A stretch of DNA of 64,000 nucleotides from Chlorokybus atmophyticus. Lineage: Eukaryota; Plantae; Mesostigma and Chlorokybus algae. Below the pieces are notes generated by a model, which was given only the letters and a program-made list of their open reading frames with translations, had not been told where the DNA came from and did not search any database. This document shows positions 23,126 through 35,262 of the stretch, piece after piece (position 1 is the first letter of the stretch; the number at the start of each line of letters is the position of its first letter). The DNA lies in contig RHPI01000585.1 in assembly GCA_009103225.1 (NCBI GenBank), forward strand, positions 285,061 to 349,060, read 5' to 3'. The translations under genes and the position numbers were made by a program.

Positions 23126-25725
23126 CATTTCCATTAAAGAAGCAGGAGGAGATGGCTTTGAATGCGCCAATGATGGTGAGTTATGCAAACGAGGAGACAA
23201 CAAAGTACTTCGGGCTTCGAGCACACATTTGCGATGACCAAGGACGATGGAGAGAGTGCAAGCTCATGATTGATAGCGGTGCCAACAGCAACTTTATGAG
23301 TATTGATATTGCGCGGCGTGATGGTTGGCTTTCGTCATTACGAGGAGGTGAAGTGAAGCTCGCTAATGGAGAGCCACCCTCTGGAGGTGATGGCGCTGCG
23401 TTTATGACTAAAGAGTTGTGCGTTCGCATTGGGAAAATGAAGGAGAACATGCGATTTTGCTGCATCACCCTACGGAACGGGTTTGACGGGGTATTGGGAC
23501 TACCGTGGCTATGGCAACATAATCCATCCATCAATTGGAGAAAGCGCGCGCTCACCATCAAACAAAATGGTGGAGAATCCATTCAAGCTGCGTCGGACGT
23601 CATCGAGGCGCGGCACGCACAATCAGGTGTTACGACAATTGCTCAGATCTCTTATGTGCAATTGAGGAAGTGATTGTCTCCACGGAAGGCAAAGGCTGCA
23701 TGGTTGTGCGTTGTGCGCAAAAACACTGCAAAGTACAGCACCAAAGCTGAGTGACGATGTTAAGACGGCTACAATGGACCCCGAGGTGTGTAAACTTGTT
23801 AAAGAATACCAAGATATCATGGTGGACGGACTTCCATCTGGTCTACCACCTCCACGGAGCGTAGACCACCGTGTGGAGCTGATTGAGGGCGCGCACAAGC
23901 CACCGTATCGACCCGTATACAAGTTGTCACCTTTGGAGCTGGAAGAGGCCGAGAGGCAGGTGGTGGACTTGCTGCAAAGAGGCTACATCAGGCCTAGTAA
24001 GCTGGGGGGTCGCTATGGGTCGATAGCACGGTGGCTACACCCAGCACCCAAGTGCATTACAATACAAATGCGCAAGTGTACAGATATAGGCTGATCTATA
24101 CACAAGGTCTGCACTAGGGTGCTAGGCTACAACAACGGGAACTACTGCTTCTTCACGCCAGGTGCGAAAGTCACGCGCTACTTCGGTCTTCGACTTATCG
24201 ATGGCGCCACTGCTGCCGACGCCGAGGTCGAAGCCTGAGAAGCCTGTACACCTGCAAAGTAAACCACACTCGCCACCCACGCCAAGGATGGCGCCGCCGT
24301 GCTAGGGTTTTAAGCAACTAGATAAGGAGCTTGTGACTCACAACTCACGTCTACTGAGTGCTGGTGCCCTCAAGTGCCCAAGGCACTAGGGGCACAGGAG
24401 TCTCATAACTCATTAACGAGTTCTTGAGTTCATGGGCGCGCATTTCATGCGCTTTATGAACTCATATGTCCCCCTATGGTGCACCTATTTTGTTTATACG
24501 AAAGAAGAACGGGAGCTTGCGCATGTGCGTCGACTACCGAGCTCTCAACAACATCACGAAGAGGAATTGCTTTCCACTTCCACATATCGACGAGTTGCTG
24601 GAGCAATTGCAAGGTGCGCAGTACTTTACAACACTTGATCTTGCTGGAGGTTATCACCAAATCCGCATCGCGCCCGAGGATGTGGAGAAAACAGCATTTA
24701 ATACACGTTATGGGCACTACGAGTGGTTGGTCATGTCCTTCGGGCTTATGAACGCACCGGCAACATTTCAAACGCTTATGAACAGCGTTTTGGCTGACTT
24801 GATTGGTAAGGGAATCCTCGTGTACCTCGACGACATTTTGGTGTACGCGAAAACCAAGGAGGAGCACGTGGCACTTCTACGGCGCGTGTTGCAGCGTTTG
24901 CGCGAACACAAGTTGTACGCCCAGCTACAAAAGTGCAAATTCTTGCTTCGAGAGGTGGAGTACCTAGGCCACATTGTGTCGCATGAAGGCATCAAGCCGG
25001 ACCCCAACAAAGTGCAGGTGGTGCTCGAGTGGGCTTCCCCAACCAACGTAAAGGAGGTGATGTCCTTTTTAGGCCTTGCGGGGTATCATCGCAAGTTTAT
25101 CATGGGGTTTTCGCGCATAGCTGCTCCCTTGACTGCCCTACTCAAGAAGGGAAAGCCTTGAAGCTGGTCAGCAACAGAGGAACATGCAATTGCTGCGTTG
25201 AAGAAGGCGCTATTGGTGGCACAAAATCGGCAGAAGCAGTACGCAGACGCGCATCGCCGACACCTCACGTTTCAGGAAGGCGACATTGTGTTACACTCCG
25301 CAAAGCACATACAGGTGCGTACGGGAGTTTGCAAGCTGAATGAACGCTGGTTGGGACCATTTAAGGTCAGCAAAGTTGTCTCGGACGTGGCGTAAAAGCT
25401 GGAGCTACCCGACACCATGCGTGTGCACCCCGTTTTTCACGTCTCCCTTCTGGAAGCATACCGAGGACAACCGCTAGAAAGGCCGCCCCCCGAAGTTGGC
25501 ACGGACGGTGAACCAGAGTGGGAGGTAGAAGACATCCTTGGTGAGAAGTTTGTGCATGGCGTACGCATGTTTTTAGTGAAATGGAAGGGCTATCCGTTGC
25601 ATGAAGCATCCTGGGAGCCAGAGGCACACTTGACTAATGCTCAAGGTGTTGTGCGTGCCTATCTTGCTCGACGACAACCTCGCGAGCTTCGAGGACGAAG
25701 CTCACCTGGGGGGGGAGGAGTGTAA
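23053..25725 (+). pseudogene. pol: Pol of the 21265 gypsy element (PR, RT, IN C-terminus, chromodomain), disrupted
   Basis: The -1 frame is open from the slippery site at 23047-23053; stops at 23671, 25159 and 25393; insertion 24001-24468 splits IRPSK|SPYGAP. Confidence 0.9.
24001..24468 (-). mobile_element. Solo terminal unit (A-C-B) of the DIRS family inserted in gypsy RT
   Basis: Aligns along its length with 3907-4369; removing it restores RGYIRPSK-SPYGAPILF; no TSD beyond one ambiguous G. Confidence 0.92.
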
Positions 25726-27151
25726 CAGTCAAGGCCAAATTCTGTGATTTTCATGGCCGTTTTAGGCCTTATTTGTAAGGTACATGTTTTTTACGACTTG
25801 TGGCGGATATCGGCGAGTTATGAGTCTGCCGCGGATATCGGCCGGGGCCCCAAGACCAGTCCGGAAGGTGCCAGAAAACGGAGGCCAGTCGGGGCCAGTC
25901 GAGAAGGGCTCGACCAGATTTCTGAAAGGGCCTGGCGCCAAGTAGTATAACTTGACCATATGAGCAGCAAATTAGGAGATCTTTGGTGCGTTAAAGAGGT
26001 CTAGAAGTGTACTATAGGATTCTGCAATTATATCTTAGCTTCTAGTTCCGTCTAGCGCTAGAATCGTCTAGACAGTAGCATGTGCAGACTGGTAGGTATA
26101 AAAGTGACATTCTACAATTTGCAATACAACCTTTAGCTCCCTAGTTTCTTGTGTGCAAGCTTGGTGGTGGCTAGAAGCGGGTTGCTAGCGTGTGTCCACT
26201 GGTGTGTGCTTGCTTGTGTGACGATCCAAGGCGCTACACAAGTCGGTGTGTAGCTTCGAGCGCATGCGCGTGCGTACGCGAGTGGCGGGGCGCGCGTGTG
26301 TGCTTGGCCGAGGGGGCAAGGTTCCGGTGTGAATACCGTGTCTGGATGAGAGGGTTGTGGATTGGACCAACTCACAGGTGACAAGGCACGAGCACCGTCA
26401 CACGCCCGAACACATCAGCGTCATTGCGTGTACCCCGCAATGCCCTGATTGTACCATCGGCAAAGGAATTTGCCACTGACATGCAAGAGAATCTGGCTCG
26501 AGCCAAGCTATGTCTGTAAAAAGCACAGGACAGGCAAAAAGCTTATGATGATACACATCGAAGAATGGCCGCTTTCGATGTCGGCGATAAAGTTTTGCTT
26601 TTAACGCAAAGAACATAACCATGAAAGGTACGGGTGCTCGCAAGTTGCTGCCCCGATGGTTAGGTCCTTTCTCTATCATTGATAGAGTTGGTACGCACGC
26701 TTATCGACTGCAATTGCCCCCAAGTGTGTGTATACACAACGTGTTTCATGTGAACTTGTTGAAACCTTACCGCTCAGACGGTAGAACACAGCCACCACCA
26801 CCGCCAGTTGAGGTGGACAGCGAGCTCGAATACAAGGTGGAAGCTATATTGAACCATAAGCCAAATAGCCGAGGACGCGCAACTCGCTATTTGGTGAAAT
26901 GGAAAGGGTATGGCCCAGAACATAACAGTTGGGAGCCCAACAGGCATCTTACGCACTGCCGCGAGTTGCTTCGAGCTTATTGGGATTCACGTCCTGTCCC
27001 GTAAACTGTGGGCTTGATTTCATGACAGACTGGCAGTGCAGTTTCATTACCACCCTGTCATTTCCTGCTATCTCACTGGTTACAATTACTAAAAATCAAG
27101 CCTGATCAACTTGAGTTTAATGAGGACGTTGAAAACCCAAGTGGGGGGGAA

Positions 27152-27550
27152 TGTAACGGGAGCAATAATAATAGGGGTATTATTGCTACCTAGATAACAC
27201 ACTATGTATGAACAAGTACTTAAATATGCTTATTTATACCTCTTTTTTAAGGTTCCTCGCTTATTAAAGGCTATGATGCTTTATCATAGCTTAAAAAAGT
27301 CTCAATGGGTGTAGAACCGCTTATTCAAGCCTATTTGATGTCACATATGATAAAATGTAATCAATATCCTGTTAGGTGCCTTATAATAGGTATCTTTCGA
27401 TAGGTACCTGATCTGAGCTGTAATTGGCTCACGCTAGATTTCCTGACTACCCTATCTGTAGGGTCGATGTCTAATGTGTTACCTAAAAAGCAAAATTTTA
27501 AAAAATGATCGAAAGGTATATATTTGATCTACTCTTGATATAAAAGGTCA
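27152..27550 (+). repeat. Probable 3' LTR (AT-rich) of the old gypsy element
   Basis: Starts TGTAAC directly after the PPT; the 3' UTR matches that of the 41787 element (aatgaggac.ttgaaa.c.aagtggggggaatgtaacgg). No partner LTR was seen and the right end is a guess. Confidence 0.5.
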
Positions 27551-28999
27551 CATCAAACTGATGTGACCTCACTTTTAGTTCTCGGCTCAATGGCGGCCAC
27601 GCCGCTGAAAGGCTTGTCATAGGCGGTGTGGGTGTTGGGGTAGAGGATTGAAGGGGCATCACCGGCGACGGTGGTGCTGTTACACATAAACACAAACCGA
27701 AACACCTGTGGCCAGCAGGCTGGTGGTGGTGTAATGCATTCAGGTTGCGGATGGTGCTGCTCCTGTTGCTTCGGCCAGCGAGCATGGAGGGAGTGGTAGC
27801 CGGTAGGCGCTTGCTTTGCAAAGCCATGCCAATTTTTGCCTACGCGTTTAAGTGTGCCACATTGTTCAAAGCATCTATAAGGTAGTTGCACAACTCGCAA
27901 GCACGCACACATGCGCACGCGCACACACACGTGTGCGCACACACTGGTCACATGGCAGCACCAAAGTTGGCGCTTGTCTAGCCTTACTTCTCCTAGGTAG
28001 CTGTCCTAGCTAACCTGACATTTCAACTGATAGTGTTTTGCGTGAAGTGTAAACACAGACACACGAAGTTCACATAATATGACAAAGCATGCTTGGCATT
28101 GATGGTGGTTGCTCCTCATCAACAACATGTTTATGTGTTAGCATATGCGTCGTGCACGACAATCGCTTTCACCCCTCTATCATCAGCACTCCTTACGAAC
28201 AATGCGCCATCCTACATGTCAAGAGCAAAGTGGTTGACTCAAAGACACCGTGTAACATGCAACTCTGTGACCTATATACATTACCTGACCGCCGCATTTC
28301 TCCTTCGTACACTTGAAGACCTCTCCCTCCTTCGCTCGCACGCACTTATTATGGTGCATGTCTTTGCATTTGAAACACACCACCAATGCACCCAGTTCGT
28401 CTGCTTAAAAACAAGTGGCACATGCATATGCCTCGATGCCACGAGTAACCGGTAATACATGTAGCTCCATGGCTTGTAGTCTGTTCGACTATGTGTGCAA
28501 CCTGTTCACACATGATTTGGCAAAGCGCTCAGCATCACTCATCTGTGTCATGAGTGCACACACAGAATGCATGTAAGACAAACCCATAACCCACCCGAAC
28601 ATTGCGACCTTACGTGTTTAATCTCCTTTTTCGAGCACTTCCGCTTGCGCTTGTTAGCAGGGGCAAGGGCTTGTGCTGGCGGCAACCTTAATGACAATGC
28701 TAGCAGCAAGGGCAGGAACCATTGTGGCGTCGTTAGCAGGGGTGGGAACCTCGGTGATGACGCTACAAATGACACACATACATCGATAAGTCATTTATGT
28801 TTCCAGTCGCACACACACAACACTGTTAGTAAGTGTACATGACACACATACGCACTTAGCTTGTTGCCTCCGCTTGCACTGACACTTGGTGATATGGCTT
28901 GCAGGAACCTCGGTGGCGGCGCTGGCAGTGGCGGCAGCGATCAGAGCAACGACAATGGTAGGCGTGGCTGCAGTCTCCGGCTGCACATCAACTTGTCAG

Positions 29000-29345
29000 C
29001 CTGTGTCACAAAGCTGTAGGCTATACACGCATGCACATATGTGCGCGTGGGTACGCTTGCGCATGCACATGCTGACGTGTTATTGGTGGCGTGCATCCCA
29101 CGATGTGTGCACGTGTTAAGCATGCGTTATTGCTTGCATGCGCGTGTGCGCACGCATGCCTACATGCTATTGGTGGCGTGCATCCCACACTGTGTGCATG
29201 TGCCAAGCATGCACAACCGCTGGCGCGCACGTGTCACATTAAGCTGTATGTTGCACACACATGCACACATGTGCCAAGCATGCGTAAGCGCTTGCACGCA
29301 CGTGTGCGCACACGTCTTTCTGTATGCAATATCATTGTGTACACA
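29000..29345. repeat. Alternating purine-pyrimidine (GCACAC/GCATGC) low-complexity repeat, probably intronic
   Basis: At least two ~90 bp copies beginning tattggtggcgtgcatcccac within a TG/CA-rich tract. Confidence 0.7.
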
Positions 29346-29720
29346 CATACCGTGATGCAGTTGTGGCACACAAATGTAGTTTGGCGGTGCCCAGCATGCG
29401 GAAACTGTGCACGATCTTGTTTGCATGGTTCCAACAGGTAACGGTACTGTTGTGACCAAGCGAACACCTGCGCACAATCAACATTAAACAACCAACTTGA
29501 CATACGAGTTACTACAGTGTGGCAATGACCATACTCATACTAGTCACACTGCACCACCCATGGTTTCTTTTTGGCTTGCATAGGCGCATCTTCTTGACCG
29601 CAACGACAATTGATAACTGTATCTTCACCATCGCTATACTTGTGTGGCTCATGATGAATGCCTCGCAGCGCACCAATTTGTGCCAAGGCATAGAAGTCGA
29701 TTCTTAGTGCCATGCAAGCG
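29345..29720 (-). pseudogene. Degenerate PHD-finger gene fragment
   Basis: VINCRCGQEDAPMQAKKKPWVVQCD*YEYGH, then in the next exon ..TTFVCHNCIT followed by a gtatgt donor; C4HC3 PHD spacing with decayed ligands. Confidence 0.55.
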
Positions 29721-29806
29721 GACCTGGATTCAACAGTAGGCAATGTCAAGTCAAGCACGCCGCATGCAAACATACATTCACATGAACACACGGATTGACG
29801 TTAAAG

Positions 29807-30535
29807 GACCGGGTATGGTCCTTTCACGGACCCCCAGGACTATGCATGGTCCGTATCCCGCGGGCTATGACTGCCTGGTCCGCGGGGGACGGACCGTGCA
29901 TGGTCCGTTCGGGGTCCCGAATCCTGGTGCGCAGTCATGCACCAGATGTGGTGCGTGGTTGGACCAGACATATTACCGGTCCTACTGGCCGCAAAAGACT
30001 GGACCATACATGGTCTGCAGCCGGACCAGGCATATTGCCGGTGCGACTGTCAATGGGTGTACGGACCATGCGTGGTCTGGACCACAACAATGCCGGACCA
30101 TATGTGTTGCGGTGAATGAAATCGATGGGACTGGTCCAAACCACATTGATTGGGCGGACCGTTGCTGGTGCTTGCTCAGCTTATAGGTCATTACGGAAAA
30201 GCAGCACGCACCATACATGGTCTGCCGCCTTAACAAGCTCTTACTGGTCCAAATGCTAACAAATCGTGGACCATTCATGGTCCTTAATCTAACCAAGCAG
30301 CTATTGGTCCAAATTGTCGTATACTTGCGGACCCTATATGGTCCTTGACTTAACCAAGCTCTTTCTGGTCCGAAGGTCTAGGAGAGTACGGACGATTCAT
30401 GGTCCTTATGTAAGCAAGCAGCTATTGGTCCACATTGTATCGTATGATTGCGGACCCTACATGGTCCTTAACCAAGCTCTTCCTGGTCCGAAGGTCTGGG
30501 AGAGTACGGACCATGCGTGGTTTTAGGTTGGTCCG
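29807..30535. repeat. Left subterminal array of GGACCATGCATGGTCC-like palindromes
   Basis: About 15 degenerate copies of the 16-bp palindrome or its half-sites, at 30-45 nt spacing. Confidence 0.9.
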
Positions 30536-31829
30536 CAGAAGTGATTGGGACCATCGCTGATGCACGCTCAGCTCCTTGACAGTCGCACCATGCATGATGC
30601 GACGGTCAAGGGTAAGTCTTCATGGCAGCCTCTAGTAACCGTCGATCCAAGCTTATCGAACGGTGTGCACTTACTCCATAGAGTCAAGCACCTTGCATGG
30701 TGCGACTGTCAACTCACGTGCATGGGCTCAGAGTACCGTGGTCTGTGCAGTAGGGTTTTACCGCTCGATGAGGTGGCGCCGGCGGAGGGAGCAGGCGGCG
30801 GCGCTCTTGTTGGTGGCGGCGGCGGCGGCGGCCTCTTGCGGTGTTCTTGGTGGCGGAATGCTGGCGCAATATCAATGGCAAGCCAAAAAGCTGTCAAGTT
30901 TGCCAGGGACATTGGTACCAAGCTGGGAATCAACTTGCAACCAGCCGATAAGAGGAACACCAGTCGTAGGCACCGCCGTCGCAGCCAACAGAGTTCCCTA
31001 CCCATGCCGGAGCAGGCGGCTGATATGCAGCACGATGTTGACAACCCACAGCCTGCCCATGAAGTTGAGGCCACGCAGGACCAGCTGGATGGCGAGATCA
31101 GCCAACAGCATGAGCAGTAAGTGAACTTGCTGACCTTACTTGCTTCTGTGCAACGGTCACGCGGTCGTCTGTGCATGCCACCTGCTATCGTTGCTGTGAC
31201 AGCCTTCACCAGTAATATGTCCTTCACATGCTAAGAGGCTGTCAACGAACTGCACGTGCACTAGCTGCCTTGCTGTGTATTGCTGTCAGTTGATGGTGCC
31301 AGCGCATATGGTCTAACGACAGTCTGATCCACAGCCGACTGTCAACATGACTGGCACCAGTAGTGCTGCCCCCTCTCAGCAAACATGGCAACAATCAGAC
31401 CTGCAAGAGACTGTTGACATGCCAACTGACGACTTGCATGCGCTGACTAGTGACGAAGAGGCTGTTGAAGAATTCGAGCAGCAAGAAGTCTCCTAGAGGA
31501 TTTGCTCTTGCCTCAGGTGCCATGGCAAGGTGAGCACTAATCATGTTGCTCATGCTCACTCATAGCGCACACGGTTGTTGGACATGCACAAAGGCTGTCC
31601 ATGCGACTGTCATGTTCGCCCACTGCTATGCGCACAACGTTGTGAATCATACTTCAGTTGTTGACTGCCCGTTTCTTTGGGCAGTTGATTGACTTGGAGA
31701 CTGCCACAGCCCACATGCGATTGGACACGGCGGTGCAAGAAAGTATGCACCCACCGTCAATGCCTTCAGCACAATGCGATACCCCTCAACCAGGCATTTC
31801 TTGCCAACAACAAACCTCAGAGACACCTA

Positions 31830-32520
31830 AACACGAATTGACGTTCGGAGACCATGTATGGTCCTTCCACGGACCCCGCGGGCCACACATGGTCCGTGCC
31901 CCGAGGACCACGAGTGCCTGGTCCCAAGGGGACGGACCATCCATGGTCCTTTCGGGGCCCCGATACCTGGCGCGCAGTCGCGCACCATACATGGTCCGCG
32001 GCCGGACCAGGTGATACCGGTCCGATATGTCGTGAAAGTTTGGAATATAAATGGTTCGCAGCCGGACTAGGCATTTTCCTGGTCCGACTGTCAATGGGTC
32101 TACGGACCATGCATGGTGCAGACTACATCAATGCTGGACCATACATGTTCCGGTAGATAACATCAAAGCGGCTGGTCCGAACCGGAATCATTGGGCGAAC
32201 CATTGCTGGTGCACGCTGAGCTTATTGGTCACTCATGACAAGCAGCACGCATCGGGCATGGTCTGCGGCTCATAAAAGCTCATACAGGTCCACATCTTCG
32301 TAAAATTGCGGACCATGCATGGTCTTTAACCCAACCAGGCTCTTCCTAATCCGATTATCCGCGGGTAGGGACCATGCATGGTCGGTACCCCTGATTGCTG
32401 AACCATGCATGGTTCGAGGTTGGTCCCCACGTAAATGATTCCGGTTCGGCATATTATGTTATTACATGGAGTGAAGACTGGGCAGTCGAACCATGCAGGG
32501 GCCACTACTGGCCACTACCG
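31830..32520. repeat. Second (duplicated) left terminus and subterminal array
   Basis: Degenerate TIR AACACGAATTGACGTTCGGAGACC at 31830 followed by an array collinear with 29807-30535. Confidence 0.85.
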
Positions 32521-32967
32521 GCGACGGATGAAAAAAGAATTACCTTCAAATTATGGCAGCGGAGGATGTGCTCATTGACCCCGTCAGTGCATGCATTTGG
32601 ACAAGTGAAGGCGTTGACAGGGCCAACCAGCACATCCCTCCAACTGCCATAAGATTTGATACTTGGACATGTTTTCGTATATGATACACGTCATAGCTGA
32701 GATTGCGCGGACGCTGGGATTCAAGACGTAGACCAGCCTCTCATCTGACCGTCGATTCAAGCGTATCGAACGGTCGGCATATTCAGTGTTTTACATGGAG
32801 TGAAGACTTAACAGTCGCACCGTGCATGGTGCAACTGTCGAGTCACGTGCATGGGCCAACAATAGGGTTCCTACCTACATGGTCTGCGCAATAGGGTTGC
32901 GCTCAGGGAGGGAGCGGCGGCGCTCTGGTGGTGGCGGCGGCCTTGTTGGCAGAATCTAGCTGTACCA

Positions 32968-35190
32968 ATGGCCAGTAAAAAGGCTGTCCGCTTCGCCAAG
33001 GACATTAGTACTAAGCTGGGAATTAACTTGCAACTAGCCAGTAAGAGGAACACCTTTTATAGGAACAACCGCCTTTGCAGCCAACAGAGTTCCCTACCCT
33101 TACCGGAGCAGGCTGATGTCGTCCAGCACCGTATGGTTGATGACCAGCCCAATGAGGCTGTCAACCCTCAGCCCGCCCATGAAAATCCGGCCATGCTCGG
33201 GCAGCATAGCAACATCATCCAGCAGCATGAGCAGTAAGTTGACCACGCTGTTGTACCTGGCGTACTGCTCTTCATTGAGTATACATGACAGTATGCATGC
33301 CACTAACAATAGGAATGCTGTACATAAACAGCCTTCACCATGCTAAGAGACTGTCGATCAACTTAGTGCACTTGCTGCCTTGCCTTGTGATCTCCACTGT
33401 CAGCCGATGGTGCCATTGCATGTGGTGTGTAACTGACTACAAGATTGCTTCAGGCATCCCGTGCTTGGACATCCGATTGTTGGTTTGGCCGGCACCTGCA
33501 ATGAAGCGGCAGCTACACTTTACGAAAGGGAACAGTCAGGTGGACAGCCGACTTTCGATGTTGCCAGCACCAGCAGTGCCGCGACACTCCACTTCAACAT
33601 CAGGCTGATCCACAGCCAACTGTCAACATGCCCAGCTCCAGCAGCGCCGCAACTGCTCCACTTCAGCATCAGTCGGATCGATAGCCGACTGCTGACATGC
33701 CAATTGAAGACATGTTTGAGCCTCTTGGTAGCGATGAGGATGATTCAGAACAGCAAGAAGTGTCCTACACAATTTGCTCTTGCCCGAGGTGCCGTGACAA
33801 GGTGAGCAATCAACTTGTTGCGCGCACAGTTGTCGTACTGTAGCTGCCCATGTCTGGGAATGCTGCATGCCTGCGACTGTCCGTAGCCCACTGCACCATG
33901 CGCGCACGTTCAGCATTGCCATCCATGCTACCTACATTGACAGTCGTATGTTGCGATTGGGCAGTGGGTTGAGTTGGAGACTTCATTGGCTCACATGCGA
34001 CTGGACGAGGCAGCGCAAAAAAGTATGCACCCACCGCCAATGCCTTCAGCGCAATGTGATGCACCTCAACCCGGCATTTCTCGTCAACAACAGTCCTCGG
34101 AAACACCCACGCAAAACATGTGAGACAAGTTCATGTCGTTGCTGACAAACTTGGAGGACTCTCATGCACAGCAATCACTGATCAACAACGTGCTGAAGAC
34201 TGTTTTGGGTGCCGAAGACTCCATTGTACAGCTGGCCAAGCATCCCGCCTACGACCACAATCAGCTCCGTAACGATCTCCATGCCTTGCTCGGCCAGCGC
34301 AACCCCTCCGAGCCGGCTGACATCACGGCCATCGATGCATTGCTGACTTCCATCGGAATGCCAGAGTCACAAAGATATACAGCATGCACACGATGCAATT
34401 ATCTCTTTCCAGATGCCTATTCATCAGGCTGCAGTGACTGCGAGGACAGCTGCCAAGACGACAGTCGCCACAAGATTCTGAAACGCTTGTGGGAACAGCC
34501 GTGCGGAGGCGAATGCGGGCGCACGCGCAAGGAGTGTATAGAGTTTCTATACACGCCCATTAGTCCAAGACTCGGTCCGTGGCTGCAAGTTCCTTCGATC
34601 GCATATGACAACCTTGCTGCTTGGCGAGACAAAGACACCTGGCTCGACGTGCCAGCTAACCAGCCCCCAGTGCCTCAATGGGAAGATTGGCATGGCAGCA
34701 AGTGGAGAGAGCTGTCTTCTTTTTGTGACTGCACGAAGACCATTCCTCTGCCAAACAAATGCGATTGTGGACGCTACAATGATAACATTGACATGTCCTA
34801 GCACATGGATGGTTATTAAAAATGGCATTGCGAATGCTCATATGACAATGAAGAGGCTGCGCAGTGTACTGGAGACCTGCGCAACATTGCGCTCATGCTG
34901 CATAGTGATGGTTTTAGCTGCGCATCAACTACAAAGCGGAGCAGCCTTGTCATCAACGTTGTTGTACTCAACGGAGGCAAGCGCGTCAGCTCACAGGCTT
35001 CTTTCGTCATGCCCGTGGTGTTTGTCCCAGTTGACGAGCTACTCGACGCTGACAAGGACTGTCTAAACCCGTTTATGAAGCCCATGCTGGATGAGTTGGA
35101 GGATTTGTACGCCATGGGCTTCCCTACGCACGACGGTTTGGACTCCAGCCAGGTGGACATCAAGCTCCCTCATCGATCGGCCGGTACGCT
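32968..35190 (+). pseudogene. CACTA TnpD-like transposase, multi-exon, 3'-truncated
   Basis: YTPISPRLGPWL..EDWHGSKW..GDLRNIALMLHSDGF..FMKPMLDELEDLYAMGF, matching the Transposase_21 pattern D.RN..L...DGF and L.PL..EL..L...G; 34133-35190 is one frame broken by TAG 34799 and TAA 34817; LIDRP follows after a frameshift. Confidence 0.88.
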
Positions 35191-35262
35191 TGATACATCT
35201 GTTCACAAGACCTCATGCGCAATGCTGTGTAATGTATGCGAATGTCAACATCGCCTGTCAAC

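Larger units (their letters stand above)
21265..26402 (+). mobile_element. Ty3/gypsy chromovirus, internally deleted (no RNase H or integrase core)
   Basis: LTRs 21265-21945 and 25721-26402 (TG..CA), 5-bp TSD CGCCC, PBS TGGTATCGGAGC at 21948, PPT ggggggggaggag before 25721, gag 21989-23125 with CYACGSTEHLAYGC, IDSGA protease, YLDD RT, chromodomain 25500-25680. Confidence 0.95.
18020..27150 (+). mobile_element. Old Ty3/gypsy chromovirus (gag end, MT-like domain, PR, RT, RH, IN, chromodomain), interrupted by the element at 21265-26402
   Basis: CCHC knuckle CNLCKKTGHGEAEC 18042-18083; INTGA protease; VYLDD RT; ADPLSR RNase H; integrase at 20700-21260 resuming at 26403; chromodomain YKVEAIL..YLVKWKGY..SWEP 26830-26990; PPT gtgggggggaa then TGTAAC at 27152. 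Confidence 0.9.

Noticed and set aside
29743-30296. ORFs across the palindrome arrays (also 31658-32275 and 49058-49468)
   Set aside because: They are open on both strands because of the repeated CATG/GGACC motifs and show no protein-like signal.
29807-30535. CRISPR-like array
   Set aside because: The repeats are degenerate 16-bp palindromes with irregular, partly repeated spacers, next to a TIR in a eukaryotic transposon; there are no cas genes.
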